NCBI GenBank assembly: GCA_036172245.1
Contig: JAYWIR010000038.1
Coordinates: 682,001-746,000 of the forward strand
Direction of reading: 5' to 3'
DNA from: Raillietiella orientalis
Lineage: Eukaryota
Length of the DNA stretch: 64,000 nt
The translations under genes were made by a program, and so were the position numbers. Within the stretch, counting starts at the first letter, position 1; each line of letters starts with the position of its first letter. This document shows positions 53,701-64,000 of this stretch, one piece after another. Under the pieces are notes generated by a model. It searched no databases and was not told the origin of the DNA. It was given only the letters and a program-made list of their open reading frames with translations.

Positions 53701-56700
53701 ACGTTCTTCCTCATAGACCTTTTGCATGATGATAGCTTATTGGTGTATTGTTCCATCAGACTCTTGAACCCCTGTCATCAGACCCTTTAAAATAAGACGA
53801 CTCGTGCCTGCCTGGTCCATTCGTTTACAAATGGGATCTTGGAGCGATCGTTCGAATACTTCAATCTGTAATGAAAAGATTCTCGGGCAGTTTGCTGTTT
53901 CACTTCGTGGGAGAATCGATGCTAGTGCAGTTTCGTCTGAGCTCAAACCTAGCATCTTCATCTCACTTGCTACGGCAGCTGTTGAATGCAAGCAAAAGCA
54001 CGAGACTCCCTTCCCTCCTCCAATCTCACAGACTCTTGATCTATGTAGGCAACAGGGGATCATTTTTTTCAATAGGTAATAACGACAGCACTCCACTAAA
54101 GCAGCTGAATTGGGATTTTTGAGTCAGCCAGCCAGCCTTGCATGCTTGAAAAAAAACAAACATTATTTCAACAGATTCGTTTACAAAAAACTCTGGTGGA
54201 CCAGACGTCGGTCTCGCAGAACAGTTCGAGAAAAGATTCTGGTATGTATTCCAACACTTAATTTTACTCCCCGCATCTCCACATTCGAAAATCGATTTCC
54301 TTCTGATGAACTGGATATTCATAGGAAAACAGTATACGGCACTAAATGATGAAAATCAATTGTCTGAGAGAGTCGTTTCTAGCACATATCGAAGAATCTA
54401 AGATTTTCCTCCTAGCGGGAAGAGAAACCGGAAGGAGCCACGAGACCGATTCTTTAGGACCTGTTCCAAACATGCTGGTAGCAAGGTATGGCTTTTCAAT
54501 AACCAGGAAATCTGGTAATACCAGTGCTTCAGAGAAAGAAGCTCGCCTCCGGATAGAAAATATAACTCACGAGAAATCACTGAATTCCCTTCGCAAAGCG
54601 ACGAACAGGGATTCCTCGCATCCCAAAGGGATTCTGGAAGCTGGCAGCACTTCGCGGAAATGGCGCTTTGTGCTCGTCCAGAAAGCAAGTCGGAGAAGGT
54701 GGCTTTAGTTTTGGACAAGAAAATTTTGGAGAGTCAGCTCGAATTTTGATCTGTGTCCATACCTCTGGTGATTCAGCTGCCGTAGTCTAAAAGAAGGAAT
54801 GCCTGTAAATATTTATAAATACGTTCCAGTGTCATTTACCATATCGAGGGCTGCAAACAAACGCAATGCATATTAAATAGCGATGGGGGTTATATTCAGC
54901 CGCAAGTGACTATCAAGAAGGGGACTATCATTTGAAATGACTGAATTTAATGTTAATATTATCTAATTTTTACTCCAGAATATTAAGTTGAGTTTTATAA
55001 AAGTAAGGCTGGAATGAAACCACTTTGACTTAAGCAGGGCCGTAAGATAAAGACTGATAGAATCTTGAAATTTTGAGCTGCTCTTTTGTCAGTGAGTAAT
55101 GATCTTCTGAAATTGAAATTCGTCTCAAAAAGTGAAGTTGGGATCTAGTTTTTCTCATGATTCTCTAATCGTCCTGCAAGTTGTATGCATTTCTTTTTAA
55201 GCACGAATGGTGAGAAGTTCAGTCACGTTTTCACGTCTTTTTCGATCTTCTAATGTCTTTGTGTATGCGCGTTTTTTTTTTTCTTCTTCTTCTTTTGGAA
55301 AAGCAGCTGTATCTTTAGGTTACTCCACATATCTTCATGTTCTCTCGTTTATTTTGATATGTGCTTGCAGTTTTCAATATCAAATCAAGCTTTTTTTCTT
55401 TCCAATATGCTTTGAAAAACTCGCATCCAAGGTGTTCCCTTTATAGCTAATAGAAGATACCTGTTGTTGCTTCCCCAGATCGATGCTCACTCTTTGAGAA
55501 GCTCGTATTTATGAGTAATCTTGAGATCTTATTCTTTACGATAGTGTGCTAGAGATAAACCGTTTACTTAAAAGATGACGGGGAACTGAGAAAGAGAAAA
55601 GACCTCCATACCAGGTCCTCTATTTGCAATGCTCAACTGAAATCCGCTGAGACTTCGCCAAGCATTTCTGAAGGTATTATGAATCCCTACGAAATCCAAA
55701 CGAACAACAGATAGAACGTTTTAGTGCTCTCTACCTGAAGATCGCTTCGTTTGGCCACCTTTTTTCCTGGCACTGGAAACTTCCTGAAAACACGAAATCA
55801 AATGAACCCTTTCATGATGAAAAAATGCCTCCTTTCTCGTTTTATATGTGATGGTAACTGGTGGTTGCTGGATTCTATCAAAAATACTTTATTGGAAAGT
55901 CTATCCGATTAGAATCCTTCCGTCGCGCATTTTCCATTTCCTGTTTTTCTTTTGCTAGTGAAGCTTAAGTAATTGGAATTGTTTTTGTTATCTGCATGCT
56001 TTTTCATCTTTTTGCAAACATTACAAGAAATACACTACATTACTCTTTTACAGTATTGAGTCCTTTGGATTTGAATAATCTTCGTCTCTTTCTCTTTAGA
56101 GTATTCAGAAGAACAAACGAAAATAATCAAGAACTGCTCTTTTAATTAGCTTCGGAAAAGAAAGCATAAAAAAAGAGCACTTCAAATATTTGGATGAATA
56201 TTATATTGTTGCATTCGTTGATTATTTTAATAATGTATGATGATTTCAATGATAAATCGATGGGAAAAGTAATAAGCAGCGAAACTGTAAAACAAAATTT
56301 CAAATTCAGAAAAATGAAAATTTTTTTGCGCATTATTAATGAACGCATCAAAAATTTTGTAATATCTACGTGAATAATTTCAATCATTATGTAAAACTTA
56401 CGATAAGAGCTCATTAGCATTCGCGAAGTTCAATGCAGATATTTTGATAGAATCGCGTTAATTAAGATCTTGAAAAGTACTAAGGTCAATTAAATGCTGG
56501 TTTGCGAGTCTTTGTAGAAATACCCATCTGAGCACTCTTTTTTTTCTTCTTGTTCTTCTTTTTCTCATGTGAAAAGCAAAAAGTAATCTGAACCAGTTTT
56601 GTAATTATACTTAAATCGCTAGAATTCGGAAATGTGGCTACCTTACTTCGATTCAAGCTCAGGAATAGCATACTCATATCTAATTAATGTAATTGCAAGC

Positions 56701-57099
56701 AATTCGAAACACACGAAATTCTCGACGTGTACCCCACGATGCCCTGTTGGTTTATAAATCCTTGGTACTGTTCAATTTGTAAGCGTGCACTTTGAAGTCT
56801 TTTCATCTTTAAAACCATACATTTACAATTTATTAGGAAAAAAATCTTTTTTTAAAAAGGGATGTGTTAGTAACACTGGATGTTTTGTTAACAATGCTAT
56901 GGATTCGTATCAGCTACCATTACATGGAAATTGGTATTAATTCGTAAACTGATATTAATTCAGAGTAGAGACCGAGTTCTTGCTAACAGATATTATCTAG
57001 TTTGCTCTCCGAGATATTTCTGAAGTTCGCATGTAGAAAGTTTGTGAGTTTGTGAGTAGACGCCAATACGAACTAAAGTTTTTTTTTTTCTTTTCGCAA

Positions 57100-58290
57100 C
57101 ACAACTAAAGTATAGGGAAAACGGCCTTTTTTTTTTCGTTGTTGTTGTTGTTTTTTTTTTTTAAAAAAAGAAACGCTCGATTCGTTTGGATCATTGAACT
57201 GAAATGCCATCGAGTTCGTTTTCTTGGTTTGCTGTAACGGATCGTTGTTTTTTTTGTGCTTGCATTTGCATTTTTGTCAGATTGTCTTTTTGCTTTGTGT
57301 CCTCTTACCCATTTGGCTGATTTGGTGAGACACGTAGGGACCTCCACGTGAATTCCTTCGACTCGTTTCGATTTCGAACACAAACGGCGACTTCCAGTTG
57401 GGTTTTCTTTTTTTTTTTCTCTCGCTCTCTCTCTCTCTCCCTACCTTCCATTTCAGATGTCTTTCCCACCGCTTGGGAAGAACACCCCATATGGTCGCAA
57501 GCTCAATTCGTTACCTGCAGCCACTCATCGAAACGGACTCGAATAAACGATACGGTACTCTGTTGTTTTTTTTGTGTGTGTGTGTTTTTCGAAAAGGCTT
57601 TTTTCCACCCCCCCCCCCTCCCATCTGTCCCGAAAGGAAGAGATGTTCACGGTGAAAGTGTACAACACGGAACAATGAAGACGGAAACTCTTCAAGCGCA
57701 CAGAAAGTGAACCGTAAGAGGAACATGGAGGAGGACCGAGCTGCATTGTGGAGAGGCTGTTCTTACGTGACCTGAAACTCGGGAAACAGAGGCAGGGAAG
57801 AGGAAAAAGTGACGATTCCTTGTGTGCTTGTTTTGTGCTTGTCCGAATCCGTTTGCGATTGTGGAGTGTGTCTTTGCAACAACACAGTGTCCGGCAGCGA
57901 CGAGTGATGTGGAAGAGACGTAAAGCCATCGGGAATCTCGTAATTGGTTGATGTGGAACTGTGGCCATTAGGAGACAGCTCAGTAATGAGGCCACTCCGA
58001 TGCCTATTTGCTTATTAACGATTAAAGCATTTTTTTTTTCTCTTCTCTTGATTTATAGATCCGTTGCCCACTGTTTCTCTCAAGTATCGAATTCTTTTTG
58101 TACGAGTGCATAACCAGGTTTTATATATTGCATTGTTATTGTCATTGATTTTGGCAATGAAAACATGAATTATCGACGTGTTTAACGCGTTTTAAAGGAT
58201 GTAATTATGGGCAGCAGACGTGATGCTGCCTGATTTCATTGTGAAACGAAGTATTCTTGTGCAAAACAATGTGAGAATTGAATATGCAAG
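57100..58290 (+). promoter_or_regulatory. Probable promoter/5'UTR region of Nipped-B
   Basis: CpG-retaining region with (CT)n, (TG)n and poly-C tracts directly upstream of the ATG. Candidate splice acceptor TCTTCTCTTGATTTATAG at ~58058. Confidence 0.35.
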
Positions 58291-61200
58291 ATGAATGGTG
58301 AAATACCAAGTGTCCCCATAACTACCCTAGCTGGAATAGCAAGTTTGACTGATTGTAAGTATCACTGGTGCTAGTCACACATTTATTTCTGAATAATTTT
58401 CAGCGTTATGAAACTTGTGTCGAACACTTTCGGGGTTTTCTAAATGATGCATTTGCAATTGCACCGTTAATCTTTGGGTCTTGTGACACTTTTGCGAGTT
58501 GTTCATATCATGTTATTCCTTCATGCAATTTGTCTCTTTAGCATGAATTTACCTTTTTAGTTTCGAGTTGGCTTAAAATTGTGTGCATTGATGTAGCAAG
58601 TTTAAAGCGGGGATTATTTCATTTTGATTTGTTTTTTTTTTTCGCTTAAAACTTTTCGCCCATTCATTCGGTTACTACTGATAAAAATCTGTTGCAGTGT
58701 TACCTGAAATGTCTTTACCGTCACCTATTGCCCAAACAGCCAATGGTAGATCTCTTCTTTTTCATCCACGTGTTGCTGAAGAAGCTAGAAGACTTCTAAA
58801 TACTCAAGATGATATTCTTATATCGCAGTTGGTCCATACACTTTTACAAACATCGTCAGAACACATGTAATTGAATTTACTCTTTGCTTGATCTAAGTAT
58901 TGAAAAATAGTTTTGTTGTGCCTTTAATGAATTTTGAGAATTTTTAATGTTGATGACTCAATAGAGTATCTTGCAAATATTTTGATTATGTAAACTGACG
59001 AATATAGGAAAAAATAGAGGTAACAGAATTTAATAACTTTTGCTATTGTATATTTTGATTTGTCATTTTAATTTTAATAATAACCAAGTATAGTTGCTGC
59101 AGTGTAGAAGATATGGAAGTTTGTCTTTTTTGTTGTAGGAATCTGTAATATTTGGTTAGGGCAGCAAACTATTTATTGTGTATTCATCTTTTTTTAAAAA
59201 AAATGGATATAGTTTCGTTCTTAAATTGCTCAATTGCATATTTTTCCTGAATGCAGCACCTTGTGAATGCTGAAACATATTTTCTGTACATATATGATAT
59301 GTTGTGGATATGTGATAACATCCAGTGTTTAGTTACTCACATCAAATTTTGTATCCTATAGTTTTTGATGAATGTTGCAATTAAAAACTGAGATATGATT
59401 TTGTGTTCTAACACTTAGGTGTCAGCTTATTTTTACTGGGAAGCTTTTATCTACAATGTAATGTGGCACACATGCTGCTGCGTAAAGTTATGTAACCAAG
59501 CCTTTTTTAGAGGTTCTGATCATCATTTGAAGTTGATGAGTTTCATGAATTGATTGTGTGAATTAAGTTTTTTGACATGTAAAATTATATAGAAGTTTGC
59601 ATTTGTGTATGTTTCCATTACAAGTTTGCTGTTTTCAGAGAACTTAAGGAAGCATATGCAGCAGGTGAGATTTCCTATGAAAGCACACCCTATTTGTTAA
59701 AAGGAATTTTAAACGTGAATTCTAATGTCTTCAGAGGTATGCCTGCAGATGAAGTACTGTATTATTTAATGTGCCTACATCTTTTAGGAACCAATAACTC
59801 AGGCAAATATAATCACAACTGCAAGTCAAATCATACCCATATGATTAATAATTGTGTTCCATCACATTCACTGCTCAATCTTCCCAATTCCATCAGCCAA
59901 AACTCATCCTCAACACATGTAATATCTTTGGACAAAAGTGTTTCTGTTCAGGAACCAGCAAAAATTTTGCCATTTCCAGCCTGTGACACTAACAGTTCTG
60001 TGCCATTTTACCCTCCAATAAATGATGGTGTTTCCCGAAGTCCATTTGACCCTAAATCCGGAAATGCTTTGATTAATCACAATTCAATTTCAAAGGTTCC
60101 ATTGAACTTCAAAATGAATGATTATTCTAATCATTCAAATAAGTTTGATTCAAAAAACATAACTTCAGAAAATTCAAAAAAGTTTTTACTTCCATATCCT
60201 AACTGTCCCCCAGTTCCAAAAGCTTCAGATCTGACAGTTTCATCTCCTGATCTCAACGCGAATGCAAAAAAGAATTTGATGCAAAGTAAAGATGAAGAAA
60301 AAAACATGCAAAATCCATCAGGTGACTATCCAATTACTGCTTCTTCTAATGTTTATTTTAAAATCAAACCATGCCAGCATAGTTTACTTGTTTCACACAT
60401 TATGAATACTGAGGGGGCAATTCTTTATTGTGAATTATAATTATGCATAATCTTTCATTTTGTGTGCTTTGTTTTTATATGGTTATTGAAGTTTCCTTTC
60501 GTGTTCAGCATTTGTTCTAAATTTAGCATCAAAATTGTGTCCCTTAAATCTATAAGAGTTTTGTTTATAAATAAGTAAGGAACAAGCATTTAAATGTCAA
60601 AATAAAGCAAACAAAATAAAAAAATTCTTCAGTAAATGTTGATATTCTTTGAAGATCATTTCAATTACGTGTTGCTATAGATTGTTTTCCGTGTAGATAA
60701 ATCACTCTGTTCCAAGATAATTGTACCAGTTGATAAAAAACATGATGATTCTGCCAATGAAAGCGAAGTAACTAGAAATACAGTTGAGTCTGAGTGTACC
60801 CTACCATGTACTAATAAGAAAGTTTCAAGTGCTGATTTAGGTACTTGTGTAGTTTTTCCAGTTGTAGTTATAAAATTTGCATTCTGAAAATTGAATTGTA
60901 ATTGGTTGTTTTCAATGCTTCAGATAAATCAGAAAATAATTGCAACAAGACAAAAGACAAAATACAGGAAACGGTTACTGAGCAAGCAGTCAATTCAGAT
61001 GATTGTAAAAAGCCAGTCATTGTTGAAGATTGTAAAAGATCAGTTAATGTTGATGGTAAAAAAGCTGTTAATGTTGATGATGGTAAAAGAGCAGTTAATA
61101 TCGATGACTGTAAAAAAACACCTAGTGTTGATGATTGTAAATCGTCAGAAAAGGTAAAAATTTCAATTTTTTTTTGTAAAGTAAATAGTGAATATGATTT

Positions 61201-62752
61201 GTCAAATGTGTTAGTTGGAACCTGCAGTTAACAAAAGCCATCAGACTCATCAACCTTCAAAAAGTGTAATCAGTGACCACATACCCAGAAAGACCCCTTT
61301 GGACTCTGAATCAGATGAGGAAAATAGTGGTAACCAAAGAGCAAAGTACTTCAAGGCCCGTGCAAAAGAACGCGAAAATCAAAAAAAAAAAGGTGCTAAG
61401 ATATGTCTTAATTGTAGACTGTTAAAGATAAACAGGCACATCAGTGCAAGATTATATTGAAAGTCAATTAAGAAACATCGTCGTCCCAAGCTGTTATAAT
61501 CAGATATAGGGGTTTTTAATGTGAAATGTGGTGCAACGTAATGGGCAATCAATGGTTTGATTTTTGACTTTATTGCTCAATTTTTGTAAATTAGGTATAA
61601 TTAATTGATTTGGAATGCAAGTACCTGATGCAATTTAGGTAACATTGCGTATTTTTGCTTAAAGTATTTTCGCATTTTATTTTGACAAACTAGCTCAAAT
61701 TCACTTTTGCAATCTAGTGAATATTTGGCAGTTGTTTATTCATCAAAACCTATATCTGACTGAAAGTCTTCTTTGGTTTCAAATCTGTGTTTTGGAGGCT
61801 CATTTTAAACATTTGCCTTTTAGCATTGTTTTACTGGTGCTACATTTATTTGCACAGCCCAACTGGTTCATTGTTCATATGGCTATTCCTTAAGTTTTTC
61901 CAAAAACTAGTTTTCTACTTATACTTCACAGTAAGAAAAGGGGGATGCCCAGTGCTCAAGAAGCTCAACAAGCAAACTGCACAAGGAAGGGACGGTTTTC
62001 CTGCAGTTCTTCCTGGAAGAACTTCCCCCTTTTCTTTGAAAAATTCTTCCATATGTTTACTGACATCCTGTAGCTATTATAAATATGTCTTTTGTATAGA
62101 TTAACATGTTTTGTTTGTATTACGTAGTTTTTTATATTTATTAGTTTTTGTTTAACTTTGCTTTATTATGCATACACCAGACTGAATTGTATCTGTGGAG
62201 CCCAGTTTTACACATATCTTTTTGTATGTGCAGAATTCATTTTTTCTTTTTGTACAAGGTTTTTTTTTTCTTGTACCTAAAGTAGCATAGAACCACATAC
62301 ATGCATCTGAGTTCCAGCAGCAATTATATTCCTTATGGAGTGCAAGTATGTGATTGACTAAAGTTTGTGTTATAGCATTAAACTTCTGATTATAGGATCA
62401 AGGTTGAGGAATTTTCATCAGTTTATGAATAGGTTTTGGCATTTATTTTCTCAATACATGCTATTGATTTCAGTGCTACTACTCTTGGGGATTTTAAAGA
62501 TTGATTTACATTGAAGTAAACTGGGAAATGATACATTAAAATGTATCATTACCCAGTTTAAATAACTCACAATGCCCTACTTCATTTATATCTTATTTTC
62601 AGACAAAGAAGATCGCAAAAAAAGGAAAATATCCAGCATGGACAAAGATTACGTCTTTGATAATGGTGTTGAAGCACAAGCTGCTAAGAATGACAAGAAA
62701 TCCACAGAGAATGATGCGAATGATTATTCTCCTTTAAAATCTACAAAGCAAA
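58291..62752 (+). CDS. NIPBL: Nipped-B/NIPBL cohesin loader, 5' part (continues beyond window). Exons 58291-58354, 58698-58866, 59639-59736, 59788-60321, 60697-60840, 60924-61153, 61215-61392, 62603-62752.
   Basis: MNGEIPSVPITTLAGIASLTDLLPEMSLPSPIAQTANGRSLLFHPRVAEEA..QLVHTLLQTSSEHIELK is the conserved MAU2-binding N-terminus. GT-AG junctions are phase-compatible. The later low-complexity exons are less certain. Confidence 0.93.
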
Positions 62753-64000
62753 GTAATGTTTCTTTAGATATTTAAGTTCTCAGAGTTTAGATTTTATTCT
62801 TATATCTCGATTTTTTGCATATAAAAGAAAAGAAAATTAAAAAATGGGTAAAATGTTGACTTAGCAGAAAAGCTACATGTTCGTACTTGTATTTCGAATT
62901 ATTGTTTCTCTGTTTGTTGTAACAGATATGTTTCATACTAAGTTGATGATGACATTGTGAGTGTTATTGCTAATTATTATCAGTAGCGTTTCACAGTAGT
63001 TCTTTTGAGTCTTACAGTTTCTGTTGAATCACTTTTGGAATATGGCATTGTAAATCTTGAGCATTGTTATAATAAATGACAATTACTCAAAATGGTGAAC
63101 AAAAAAAGCAATCATACAGAACTTTTACCTATAACAGTAAATAAGTACAAGTGAATTATAGAAAATGTTAAAGGAACAAGAAATCGAAACAATGAACTCT
63201 GGAAATCTTGAAAGCTGGAAAGGCAGTTTGAAAGAGAAAAGAAGTACATGAAAATAATGTGGCTCTCATAATATAGAGAAAATAGTTTAGCATCAAAGTA
63301 AATTAGAACAAGAAACATCTGAGTTCCATTAGAAATTAATTAATGGAATTGTAATCATTATGAAGTCAAATTCTCATGCAACCAGAAAAATGGAAAGAGA
63401 AAACAGCATAACACTAGTTTAAGATGACAGTCAAGTGTAAAACTCTTAAAACAAAATGGCATTAAGGTAAGAATGAATCCACTTTGAAAACACATATGGG
63501 ATGTGTGGTGCTATAATGCCCTTTCAAAAGAAGTTCAGGATGCACATACAAACTGCATCATGCTTGTAAATTGTTTATGTATGAACGATCCCGGATATGT
63601 ATTTAGACACATCCAGTCAGATTCAGTTAGAAAGTGGAAGTAAAACATTTATTCTATCAGCCAGCAAAAGAGTTGATTTTGTAATTTGGAACAAGCACCT
63701 ATCTTTTACATATCTTAGGATGCTTATCATATGAAAAAACTTAGAAGAAACAATACAAGAGATTATTTCAAGGAAGATGCACAATTTAAAGGATCTAATG
63801 ACTTTTAACAAGTGGAGGCATTATGACTGCGTAATCAGAACTTGTGAATAATGCTTTTTTAATTGTAGTGAAAGTGATAATAACTGTCATCAATTGTATG
63901 ATTTGTTTCAAACTAGCAATCGAGTAGATTTTTCCGAGGAATCTTAATTGAGTAGTACCAATCAGTTTTCTTGATTGTTATTTTAGTAGATCAGAGTTAC

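Noticed and set aside
1..64000. CRISPR arrays, tRNA/rRNA genes, telomeric repeats
   Set aside because: None seen. The context is eukaryotic, with no regularly spaced repeats or cloverleaf found by eye.

Overview
Eukaryotic nuclear DNA from an invertebrate animal. Arthropod-like is inferred from the Nipped-B N-terminus. Three spliced host genes sit in AT-rich, visibly CpG-poor blocks, several with 42-51 nt introns. These are mitochondrial ribosomal protein L18 (+, ~23.7-24.5 kb), a complete but atypical G-alpha 12/13 subunit (-, 38.9-40.6 kb) and the 5' part of Nipped-B/NIPBL (+, 58.3 kb to window end). Two GC-rich nests (~1-12 kb and ~46.3-51 kb) consist of fragments of several subfamilies of an L1/Tx1-like non-LTR retrotransposon (CCHC ORF1, APE start, C-terminal zinc finger, 3'UTRs). 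Across subfamilies the 3'UTRs share a covarying hexaloop hairpin and an AATAAA-plus-CCGG-hairpin terminus, and some copies are fused head-to-head. The window also holds a TSD-flanked tailless U6 retrocopy, two probable RLE-type LINE relics and two long inverted-repeat pairs. Several kb of degenerate sequence (12-23 kb, 51-57 kb) could not be assigned. All calls come from motif recognition by eye, and TE boundaries are approximate.
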